Source of the DNA: a virus
Lineage: Duplodnaviria > Caudoviricetes
Reading direction: 5' to 3' (one strand)
Virus record (IMG/VR): IMGVR_UViG_3300006076_000005
Coordinates: 1 to 53,485 of that record
Length of the DNA stretch: 53,485 bases
Below the pieces are notes generated by a model. The model did not search any database and was not told the DNA's origin. It saw only the letters and a program-made list of their open reading frames with translations. This document shows, piece after piece, positions 37,938 through 47,086 of the stretch. Both the position numbers and the translations under genes were made by a program. Numbering within the stretch: the stretch's first letter is position 1; every line of letters begins with the position of its first letter.

Positions 37938-39521
37938 TTAACGTTCATAATATTGTTTAGTACCAGCGTTTACTAAATTAGTAACAAACGCATCATAATC
38001 ATATATGATTTTAATTAAAGTTCTAATATTTGTCAATGCGTAAAGATTAACATAAAGTTCAAATTTCACTATGTTAGCAACAGATCTAGTAAAATATTTG
38101 ATCAATTCTATTTTGTTAGTGTAGTTTTTATCTTTTTTATTTGCAATTTTCTTACGTTCTTCCTCCATGTATTCTATTACTTCATTCGCATAACTGTCAA
38201 ATTTTTTCTCCGCCTTTTCTAAATTTTTAACTTTTTTACCTAGTATTTTGTTAGTTTTACCCATATCGTTCATTAATTTTTCTGTTAATATCTTATTTCT
38301 TAGAATAAAATCTTTTAAAGCTTTATCAAAATCTTCAATACTTTTGGTTTTTGTAATAATATCTATAAATTCATCTATTAACTTGTCTGTATGAGTTGTT
38401 TTTATGTTGTCCTTTGAGAACTCTAAAGTTGATTCATTTACTTTTATTTCAGCAAAACTTTTAACAACATTATTTTCAATGTTTTTTTGTCTAACTAAAG
38501 TAGCATTATTTATAGGTATTTTAAATGCTTCTTTTTCTCTATAAATACTTATTTTGTAAATACCTGAAATTACATCTTCACCATCAGTCGGTTTGTATGC
38601 TTTGCCATAATAGAGCTCATCCTTAAATACTGATAGGATTGTTTCTGTGTTAAGATTTTTTACAATTTCTAAAGTTTTTCCTATTTTCTTTTCAATTTGG
38701 TTATTAAGTTCGTTAATATAAGTCTTTAATGCCGCTTTACCGGTTTTATCGAAAGCATTACCTCTATCTTCAGGTATTAAATCTTTACCTTTTATAGTTG
38801 TTTTCTTAATATTTTCCAATTCCGCTTTTAAATCAGATATAAGTTTTGCAGTATCTATTTTTTCATATACACCCAGTTTAGAAAATACAGCACTAAAATC
38901 CTTTGTATTAATACCTTTTACTACGTGATTAACATAAAAATCCGCCATTAAACTTATATTAGATGTTCTGTAAGAATTAAGTTTAGATATATAAACATCT
39001 TTGTTTTCTATAACTAATTTTAATGTGTTATTTTTTATTTGTTTTATCATAGTTTCTGCAGAAACATGTCTCCCTGAACTTTCGCCAGAACTACTTTCAA
39101 AAAAACTTTTTATAAATTCTACAAACTTTTTAATAAGGTTAATAATAAACTCAAATAGCTTTTTGATACTTTCAAAAATAGCTTTAAATACACTACCTAT
39201 AGCATCAAGTATACCTTCCTGCGCAACCATAGTATTTTCATCTAGTTGTAGATCTAAATTAAGGTCTTCGTTAACAGCTTTAATGTTGGCTATAGCTAAT
39301 AACCTAGTAGCTTCATCTAGTTCTTCATTACTGGTTATAAGTTCTTGTGTTCTATTTAACTTCTCCAGATTTTTATCAAGTATGCCTGAAATAATTAATT
39401 CTTTCCAAACTTCTTCAGCTGTTTGGATCTCTTCCATAGCGTTGTCTAACTGTCTGTATAGATCATTTTGATATAATGCTACAGAAGCACTATGACTTTG
39501 TTTTAAAGGTACAGTAACCAT
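37938..39521 (-). CDS. Internal head/ejection protein paralogue
   Basis: VAQE|GILDAIGSVFKAIFESIKKLFEFII. Confidence 0.75.
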   Translation of the reverse strand: MVTVPLKQSHSASVALYQNDLYRQLDNAMEEIQTAEEVWKELIISGILDKNLEKLNRTQELITSNEELDEATRLLAIANIKAVNEDLNLDLQLDENTMVAQEGILDAIGSVFKAIFESIKKLFEFIINLIKKFVEFIKSFFESSSGESSGRHVSAETMIKQIKNNTLKLVIENKDVYISKLNSYRTSNISLMADFYVNHVVKGINTKDFSAVFSKLGVYEKIDTAKLISDLKAELENIKKTTIKGKDLIPEDRGNAFDKTGKAALKTYINELNNQIEKKIGKTLEIVKNLNTETILSVFKDELYYGKAYKPTDGEDVISGIYKISIYREKEAFKIPINNATLVRQKNIENNVVKSFAEIKVNESTLEFSKDNIKTTHTDKLIDEFIDIITKTKSIEDFDKALKDFILRNKILTEKLMNDMGKTNKILGKKVKNLEKAEKKFDSYANEVIEYMEEERKKIANKKDKNYTNKIELIKYFTRSVANIVKFELYVNLYALTNIRTLIKIIYDYDAFVTNLVNAGTKQYYER

Positions 39522-39567
39522 GTTAACTCCTTACTTACTTAATGTTTTAATCAAAGAAAAAAAGTTC

Positions 39568-39596
39568 ATAGAGAGTTCCTTAATGGAACTCTCTAT
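39568..39596. terminator. Hairpin terminator
   Basis: ATAGAGAGTTCC-ttaat-GGAACTCTCTAT. Confidence 0.75.
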
Positions 39597-39604
39597 AGTT
39601 TATA

Positions 39605-41095
39605 TTAAACTTTTTTGTAAAGTCTAGCAGACTCTTTATAAACATCACCTATAGTTGATCTTGCTAAACTCATATATGTTTCTGCAAACCCTCTAGCTTC
39701 TTCTTTAGCTTTGCTAGTAAGAAGACTAAAGATCTTTCTAATAACATTCGCTACATCGGAATTAGATTTATATTTTTCACTTTTAAGAGTTTTGTCTATA
39801 GATTTCTCCATATCTTTAGCAGCTTTATCTACCATCTTTTTATATTTATCCGCGTTTTTGTTCGCTTTTTTAGCTTTATCTTCAAGATTATTAACAAATG
39901 TTTCTAATTCGCCGAAAGTTAACGGTTTAATATTTTCATAATCATCTATTAAATCATCTGTTTTAGGACTAACGATTGTTAATTCATAGTGTACGTTAGA
40001 AACAAATTTATTTAAATCTTCGTATGTCATATCGGTTTTATCTATATGGTCGAATCCGTCATCTTTAATACCTATAGTCGCAATAGCAACTTTGGTAGGT
40101 GTTAATGAAATAACCTTTTGATAACAAGCTGCGTATTTGTCGGCGATAGCTGAAATTTCACCGTCTACTGCATCGAAGATGTTTTTATAGTCGTTCTCCT
40201 TTATTCTTTCAACTTTTTTCTCAACATTACTAATGCTGTCTAATCCAGTTAATTCAACAAGTAATGCAATAGCTGATTCTCTAGGCGTTGTTTTGTTAAG
40301 AATGTTGTAACTGCCTTCAGTCTTACCATCCTCTTTGATTTTACCATCATCACCATCCTTTTTGATTTTACCATCATCTTCGTGCGCCACAACAAGACTT
40401 TCTTGAACAACTGTTGGGATTATATTATCTTTAGTTAAAAGATCTTTAACAGTATCATACTGCTCATTCACAAATTCGACATATTCATTACCTGTTAGTT
40501 TTTTATTTCCTTTTTCTAGCATAACAACAGTAACTTTACTTACTAATCTTTTAGCAGTTGCTTCTGGAAATTCGTCTACACTAAGATCTGTCTTTTTCTC
40601 TTTTTTAAGCTTTTTAACTAAGTCAGCAAGTTCCTGATAAGTCGCGCCCTCTTTACCGAAAATACCTTTAACAAAGTCAACTACTTTCATAATTAGGTTT
40701 CTAATAAATTCCCAAGCTTTCTTAGCGTATTCTTTAATTTTATCCCAAACATTTTTCATAGTGTCTTTAATACCTTCTTCAGCAACTGTAATATCTTCAT
40801 TAGCAGGAACTAATTCACCAGCAAGATGATCTTGATTAATATTGCTTAATGCAATAGCAGCCATTTCTTGCGCCACAACAGAACCCAAACTTCTATCTTT
40901 CTGAGCTACTGCTTTTGAAAATTCAGCAGCTTCTTCAAGTTCTCTAGCTGTTTTATCTAATGCAGCTAACGCTAAACCAGCAGCATTAAGGTCTTCATTA
41001 GCAATTCTTACCTCATCCGCTAAAGTTAAAAGATCAGTTTCACTATTAGCCGATCTCATTGATCTACCAGTTTCTTTAAGATTAATTGTTAACAT
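39605..41095 (-). CDS. Internal head/ejection protein paralogue (gp93-like)
   Basis: Multiple AxE sites; VAEE|GIKDTMKNVWDKIKEYAKKAWEFI. Confidence 0.78.
   Translation of the reverse strand: MLTINLKETGRSMRSANSETDLLTLADEVRIANEDLNAAGLALAALDKTARELEEAAEFSKAVAQKDRSLGSVVAQEMAAIALSNINQDHLAGELVPANEDITVAEEGIKDTMKNVWDKIKEYAKKAWEFIRNLIMKVVDFVKGIFGKEGATYQELADLVKKLKKEKKTDLSVDEFPEATAKRLVSKVTVVMLEKGNKKLTGNEYVEFVNEQYDTVKDLLTKDNIIPTVVQESLVVAHEDDGKIKKDGDDGKIKEDGKTEGSYNILNKTTPRESAIALLVELTGLDSISNVEKKVERIKENDYKNIFDAVDGEISAIADKYAACYQKVISLTPTKVAIATIGIKDDGFDHIDKTDMTYEDLNKFVSNVHYELTIVSPKTDDLIDDYENIKPLTFGELETFVNNLEDKAKKANKNADKYKKMVDKAAKDMEKSIDKTLKSEKYKSNSDVANVIRKIFSLLTSKAKEEARGFAETYMSLARSTIGDVYKESARLYKKV
40325..40378. 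repeat. 27-bp tandem duplication (1 mismatch), in frame
   Basis: accatcctctttgattttaccatcatc / accatcctttttgattttaccatcatc, encoding DDGKIK(K/E)DG twice. Confidence 0.9.
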
Positions 41096-41159
41096 TATCT
41101 TCTCCTTATGTAGTTTTTTTAATAATTCAAAATATGTTTATACTATGTAAACACATTCA

Positions 41160-43499
41160 CTATATGTTTTTCTCTTTCTTATCTATAGAATTTTTTATTT
41201 CATCAAACATTTCATCAACCACTTTTTCTGCTTCTTTTAAATCCTTAGCTATCCCTTCTTTAAATTTCTTATGGTCATCACTTATACCATAATAGTCTAA
41301 ATAAACTCTATAAAAGATCCTATTGCCTGTAACTTCAACATTACCTACTTTATCAGAGTACTCCATAAATACTCTAGTAAGATTTAAAATAAGTCTTAGA
41401 TCCAATAACAAAAACTTCTTAACGAATAAGATTTGTTCTTTTAATAATAACGATTTAACATATTGTAAATAATCTAAAGAAAAAGCCGCCACACTATCGA
41501 TATCAACATTATTAACTATAGATTTAATTAAATTTATTACTTTATCATCTGTTATATTTTTTATACTACTTATTTCTACTAGAATATTCTTAAATGCGTC
41601 TAATTTTTCAGTTTTACCATCTGTATTTAATTCAGTTTTTATGTTATCATCAGCTCTATCCATTTTACCTTTTAGTTTTTCAATAACTTTATTCAGATTT
41701 AATATATCTTTTTTGTATGCGCTTGTTACAGGAACATATTTATTTAAATAAAAATTATTTAGAAGTTTTTCTTCTCTTTCATTTCTTAAAAACGAGAAGT
41801 TCAGTTTCTTGTTAATAACAGCTTTATTACTATTATAACGTTTTATGTTTAAATCCGGATTAAACTTATTATTTAATTCTTTAAAGCTATTCAATAAGCT
41901 ATCCTTATTATATACGAAAATATTATAAACTTCAGATATCACTACCATTGTTATAATATTAATCATAACTTTTCTATCTACAGTCATACCGCCTTCTAGA
42001 TTTAACTTTCCACTATTATGAAGTTTAAAAAGTTCTACCATTCTGCTAGCTAGTTTATTATAATATTTTATAGAACTTGTTAATAAATTATAAAAATCTT
42101 GATCTATACTTTCGGCTTTTAATTTTAAGACTGTGTCTTCTATATCTATGTTTTTAGCAAAAGCTATAAAATCCAGAACTAACATAATTCTACTATCGTC
42201 AGGTATACCCTCATTGTTCATGGTTTTATCTATAAGTTGTGAAAGTTTATCCCAATCCACTTTTTCTTTGTTTATAAGTTTTTCAATACTTTCCTTTTTA
42301 GATAAAAATGATCTATTAATGAAGTTAGATGTCCTAATAGAACTCAATCCTAAGAAGTTTTCATCACTATTTAATTTTGATAATTTTATTAATTCTACTA
42401 ATGTTGTTTCCTCAAAATCGTTAAATAAATCTACGCTAAACCCGCCTGTCGTTAATTTTTCTTGCAATTGCATTAACCCCTTATCTATATTATCTAGAAA
42501 TTTATATAAACCATCTACTATACCATTTTCATAATTTAGAAAAGGATAAACAATAGCATCTTTTTTCTCATTTAGAGATTCTATTACTGACTCTAAACTT
42601 TTTGTAGTATTGTTAATATACTTAAACACATTCTCTATATATTTAGCGTTAAAGAAATCACCTATAGTTAAGGCAACTTCGCAATTTGCAACATTACCCA
42701 TATAACAACCTTCGAATACAGGTGCTAACGAGTATATCTTTAATTCAGAACCTTCAGTAACAATATTGTCATCACCATTTTTAGGTATAGCATGTGTGTA
42801 TATTTTATTAATTCCAATAATGTGTCTAACATAGTCTTCAGCATAGTCTCTCATTATTTTTATAACTATATCGAAAATAGTTTTATAAGTTATGTTATTT
42901 TCTTTTTTAAATTTGTTTTTAATTTCCGTTAGAACTCTTTCTTTAACTTCATCTACTTTATCTTTAGCTTTTTTTACGGCTTTTTTAACAGTAGTAGAAT
43001 AGCTTCCCCCACTACTACTTCCACCACCACTTGAACTACCACCTCCAAATAGTCCTAATATAAAATTTATAACGGCTTTTATAATACCTATAACAAACTT
43101 AATAAGACTAGCGATTATGTTAATAATGGTTCTGAAGACAAACATAATACCTTTACCTATAGCAGAAAATATGCCTTCTTCACCTACAGATAATTCTACT
43201 AATATAGAATCTTTGCTTTCACCAGTTATATTTTGTATTGTATCTGCTATTATCGGTACAAAATTTTCTTTAGCTACACCTAATTTGCTAGTATTATATA
43301 ATGTTTCTAATTTCTTAAGATTAACTTCCTGTAAGACCAATTGTCTTTCTTGTTCTAAGAAATTATTATAGTATTCATTAGCTTTTAAAATATCATCGGT
43401 TAAATTAGTTTCTAACTCTTTAACGATCTCTTTCGTAACGTTTAATGTTTCTTTGGTTATATTTAGTTTTTCTTTTAACGATACTGTAACAGTAGACAT
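41160..43499 (-). CDS. Large internal head/ejection protein paralogue
   Basis: VGEE|GIFSAIGKGIMFVFRTIINII hydrophobic helix followed by a GS linker. Confidence 0.72.
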   Translation of the reverse strand: MSTVTVSLKEKLNITKETLNVTKEIVKELETNLTDDILKANEYYNNFLEQERQLVLQEVNLKKLETLYNTSKLGVAKENFVPIIADTIQNITGESKDSILVELSVGEEGIFSAIGKGIMFVFRTIINIIASLIKFVIGIIKAVINFILGLFGGGSSSGGGSSSGGSYSTTVKKAVKKAKDKVDEVKERVLTEIKNKFKKENNITYKTIFDIVIKIMRDYAEDYVRHIIGINKIYTHAIPKNGDDNIVTEGSELKIYSLAPVFEGCYMGNVANCEVALTIGDFFNAKYIENVFKYINNTTKSLESVIESLNEKKDAIVYPFLNYENGIVDGLYKFLDNIDKGLMQLQEKLTTGGFSVDLFNDFEETTLVELIKLSKLNSDENFLGLSSIRTSNFINRSFLSKKESIEKLINKEKVDWDKLSQLIDKTMNNEGIPDDSRIMLVLDFIAFAKNIDIEDTVLKLKAESIDQDFYNLLTSSIKYYNKLASRMVELFKLHNSGKLNLEGGMTVDRKVMINIITMVVISEVYNIFVYNKDSLLNSFKELNNKFNPDLNIKRYNSNKAVINKKLNFSFLRNEREEKLLNNFYLNKYVPVTSAYKKDILNLNKVIEKLKGKMDRADDNIKTELNTDGKTEKLDAFKNILVEISSIKNITDDKVINLIKSIVNNVDIDSVAAFSLDYLQYVKSLLLKEQILFVKKFLLLDLRLILNLTRVFMEYSDKVGNVEVTGNRIFYRVYLDYYGISDDHKKFKEGIAKDLKEAEKVVDEMFDEIKNSIDKKEKNI

Positions 43500-43574
43500 T
43501 TAACACTCCTTATCATAAATTTAATTCATCAAATTTGGACGTATAAGATAAATAAGGAAATGAGGGTTAATTTA

Positions 43575-44603
43575 CTACACCCTCACTTCCATATATTTTT
43601 TAATCTTCATATCCAGTTTATTAAGTTTCTCTTCATAGAACTCTATCTGTTTTCTGAGTTTCTCATTATTGATATCTCCAGATTGTCTAGATTTAAGTTC
43701 TAGTAGTTTAAGTTCTAATAATCTTTTTTTCTCTTTAAGATTTTCTAATCTCATTAATGAAAGATCTACCAGGAACAATCTTAAATGGTAAATAGGATTA
43801 CCTATGAAATTAGTTGCTATTCCTATATCTTCTTTTATCATAACTTTATTATGGTTACGAGAATGTTTACGAGAGTGTTTGGTATTTGATTTAAATGTCA
43901 CAAGATCTAAAAGCTTACCAACAAATGATTTTGTAAATAGATCTTTGAAATTGAATTTCTTACTTAAAAAATCCATAACTACAATCTCGGATGGTATATC
44001 CGAAATTTTCTCCATTTTAAGAGTAGTTATAGTTGGTATGTTACCTATAGCATCAACAACTGCTTTTAAATCCGCTTTGTGCATTTCAGGTATTAAATTA
44101 AAAAAAGTAACTGTCTTACCTGCTATAGAGGATTTGATTTCCTGATCCAATTTACTTTTCTCTTTTATATAGAATCTATTTATAATATTAGTTATAATAA
44201 GTGGAGTATTTTCTAAAAAGAAAGCTCCTTCACTCACTAATGCTAAAATAAGTCTTTTATTAAGATCTGACGTATTAGAAGCTAAAGTGTCTTCCACAAC
44301 ATCATCTATCTTATCTTTTAATGTTGGTAAAATGCTTCTATATTTTTCTAATGCTTTTAGGGTTACCTTAAATATATCTTCATCTGTCTTTATAGAGGCA
44401 ACTTTTTTAAAATTGATAGCCAGAACACTTTCTGTAATATTGTTCTTGTCTTTTGTTTCTTTTATTAAATCAGTTATAGCAGGTAATATTGTTTTACCAA
44501 ACTCTTTATCTATATTGTCTAAAATATTTAACAACTCTTCTTTTTGGAACACATAATGCTCCATAGTCACTTTTCTTCTTCTGTATGGTTTGTTATGCAT
44601 CAT
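43575..44603 (-). CDS. Virion head protein (phiKZ gp90-like)
   Basis: C-terminal NFIGNPIYHLRL...RLLELKLLELK...L.KQIE.Y motif. Confidence 0.78.
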   Translation of the reverse strand: MMHNKPYRRRKVTMEHYVFQKEELLNILDNIDKEFGKTILPAITDLIKETKDKNNITESVLAINFKKVASIKTDEDIFKVTLKALEKYRSILPTLKDKIDDVVEDTLASNTSDLNKRLILALVSEGAFFLENTPLIITNIINRFYIKEKSKLDQEIKSSIAGKTVTFFNLIPEMHKADLKAVVDAIGNIPTITTLKMEKISDIPSEIVVMDFLSKKFNFKDLFTKSFVGKLLDLVTFKSNTKHSRKHSRNHNKVMIKEDIGIATNFIGNPIYHLRLFLVDLSLMRLENLKEKKRLLELKLLELKSRQSGDINNEKLRKQIEFYEEKLNKLDMKIKKYMEVRV

Positions 44604-44620
44604 CTACTCCTTATATATTT

Positions 44621-45802
44621 TTAAAATGGTTGATTATTTTTTAAGAATTCTTTAACTACTTTTTCAACGTCAGATTCTTTACCTTTTTCTAACATTTTGA
44701 AATTAAGAATGCTAAATCCAGGTATACTTTTAATAAATACAGTAACTTGTTCTTTTTCTAAATCCACAAATGTTAAATCAAACCCCATAAACTTATCCAA
44801 CACTTTATCTTTATATCTATCTTTTAATAAGCTTCCTCTTATGTTAGATTCTATAAGTGCTTGTTTGTCTTGGTTAAAAATATAAATATTATAGTTTTTA
44901 GCAAAAGAGTTAGTTCCGTTAATAAGGTCTTTAACCATAGTAACTTTGTCAACTTTGTTTAAGTAGTTAGCTATATCAGATTCGTTACTCAATTTTCTTT
45001 TTCTATATTTTTCTACTAAATCAGATGCTAAAATAAGGTCTGCTAAACTTATAGCTCCTGCTCTCCAATCCCAAAATCTTGATAGGAATTTTTTATCGTG
45101 ATCATTTTCTAACATATTGTTAATAAAGTTTTCAGCGTTAATAAATTTAATATTAGGATAAACTATTAACGGTACCGAAATAGTCATTTGTTTAACATCT
45201 TTTTTACCATTAGGTAAAGTTATGGAATTATAAATATTGAATTGTAAATCAACAGTATTTATGAATGCTTTCGTATCTTTAAGCTTATTAAATTCAGCAT
45301 TACTCATATGGTAATCAAGTGGTTCTCTTACTAAACTTCTCATATACTTAGCCTCTTGTGCTATAGTTAATGTTCCTTCTTCTTTTACTACATCTGTAAC
45401 AAAATCTGTTGTTAAAGATTCTTCCGCTATAAGTGATCTTAATCTCTCTAACTCATCTATACCAACATTTCTAGTATTAAGTAACGCGACAGTATCTGCC
45501 ACTCTGTAACCATATAGTTCTATTAATGTTCTATAAGCAGTAGCTAAGAACCCTATAAACAATTTAACTTCTGTTTGTACAAGTTTTTTATAATCGTTAG
45601 GATCCATGTATTTAAGACTTTCGTCTACAAATATAAATGGTGTAACAACGAAGTTACCTACTAACTTTGTGATATCCCCTTTAGCAATGATATCCCTTCT
45701 CTTCATAAGGTTTTGCAAAACTTTGTCATCTTCATGATCTCCAATAGATTTAAAGATATTAGCTAAAATCAAAAACGACTTAGTAAACGCCTTACCTATC
45801 AT
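44621..45802 (-). CDS. Inner-body/head protein (phiKZ gp89-like)
   Basis: V.P..FVD, RF.DWRAG.I...DL..A.DL, D...E.V motifs; AxE sites. Confidence 0.78.
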   Translation of the reverse strand: MIGKAFTKSFLILANIFKSIGDHEDDKVLQNLMKRRDIIAKGDITKLVGNFVVTPFIFVDESLKYMDPNDYKKLVQTEVKLFIGFLATAYRTLIELYGYRVADTVALLNTRNVGIDELERLRSLIAEESLTTDFVTDVVKEEGTLTIAQEAKYMRSLVREPLDYHMSNAEFNKLKDTKAFINTVDLQFNIYNSITLPNGKKDVKQMTISVPLIVYPNIKFINAENFINNMLENDHDKKFLSRFWDWRAGAISLADLILASDLVEKYRKRKLSNESDIANYLNKVDKVTMVKDLINGTNSFAKNYNIYIFNQDKQALIESNIRGSLLKDRYKDKVLDKFMGFDLTFVDLEKEQVTVFIKSIPGFSILNFKMLEKGKESDVEKVVKEFLKNNQPF

Positions 45803-45896
45803 AATTACTCCTTTACATAATTTGTTACCTTAGGCAAAAATCAAACAAAACAAAATAGGCGTTGGTTTGATTAAAATTGCAATACAAGGAGTTGTT

Positions 45897-47075
45897 ATGG
45901 AAAAATTTATAGGAAGAACAGAGATGGGTGATTTTAGTAGGATGGTAAGTGAAAATCTTTATGGTATAAATATATTAAGGGAATTACCTCCTATATTACC
46001 TAATAAAGATCATCACGGATTTACATTCTTTACGAGACCACAACTTAACTTATCTACAATTAACATAAGTAATGTTAGATACTTTTTACAATTATTAACT
46101 AACAAAGAATTAAGTATACCAAGATTTGTAAGAGCGACATTAGATCCAAGATTACAAAGAGGCATAGTAGAAATGCCTGGTACTAACTTTTACAATAATG
46201 AAAAGAAAGATTGTCCCCTAGTTGATAAGTATAATCCTTTTATACCTATATTAAGCAATCTTTTAACTAACATAAGCGGTTGGCCTGATATGGTTTCACC
46301 TACATATACATCTAATTCAGGTATGAGAAAAGAACAGTTCTCTATGATAGATGGAACATTTGAGATATTTGATGTTTATGATCTTAATTGTACTTTTAAA
46401 AACATAATAAACGAACCTTTGACATTATTATTCCAAGTATGGGTTCAATACGCTTCATTAGTATTTGAAGGTAAAATACATCCTTATTTAGATTTTATAG
46501 TAGAAAACGAATTTGATTATAATACTAGGATATATAGGTTCATAACAGATCCTAGTGGTAGATACATAACTAAAGCCGCTTGTACAGGCGCTGCGTTTCC
46601 TACTAACTTACCTTTTGGTAAATTTTTCGATTACTCTAAAGATATACCATACTCAGACCAGACAAAAGAGATAAACATAACATTCAAGTGCATGGGAGCT
46701 TTGTATAACGATGTTAAGATTTTTGTAGCTTACAATAGAGTTTGGAGCTATTTTAATCCAGAAGTAAGGGCTTATTTAAAACAAGAAGCCTGTAATTTAG
46801 AGGTAGTACCATACGATTTATTACCATTACTTAATTATAGATCATATCCTATTATTGATATATCTAAAAATGAATTTGTTTGGCTTATTAATAAAGATGA
46901 CCCTGTTTATAAGAAAATAATGGAAGAAGCTAAAAAAGGAGAAACAGATAAATATTTGGAAAAAACTGATGAAACAACCGAAGAATTAAATTCTGAAGAC
47001 ATAATAGATCTTTCAAATACTGCCTTTATGCCTAATCCGGCAGACGACACACAAACATCAAATTTATATATGTAA
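45897..47075 (+). CDS. Baseplate / tail-tube-like structural protein (phiKZ gp88-like)
   Basis: GFTFFTRPQLNL, NPFIP.LSN...ISGWPD, DYNTRIYRF..D, FKCMG. Confidence 0.85.
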   Translation: MEKFIGRTEMGDFSRMVSENLYGINILRELPPILPNKDHHGFTFFTRPQLNLSTINISNVRYFLQLLTNKELSIPRFVRATLDPRLQRGIVEMPGTNFYNNEKKDCPLVDKYNPFIPILSNLLTNISGWPDMVSPTYTSNSGMRKEQFSMIDGTFEIFDVYDLNCTFKNIINEPLTLLFQVWVQYASLVFEGKIHPYLDFIVENEFDYNTRIYRFITDPSGRYITKAACTGAAFPTNLPFGKFFDYSKDIPYSDQTKEINITFKCMGALYNDVKIFVAYNRVWSYFNPEVRAYLKQEACNLEVVPYDLLPLLNYRSYPIIDISKNEFVWLINKDDPVYKKIMEEAKKGETDKYLEKTDETTEELNSEDIIDLSNTAFMPNPADDTQTSNLYM

Positions 47076-47086
47076 AGGAGTAAAAT

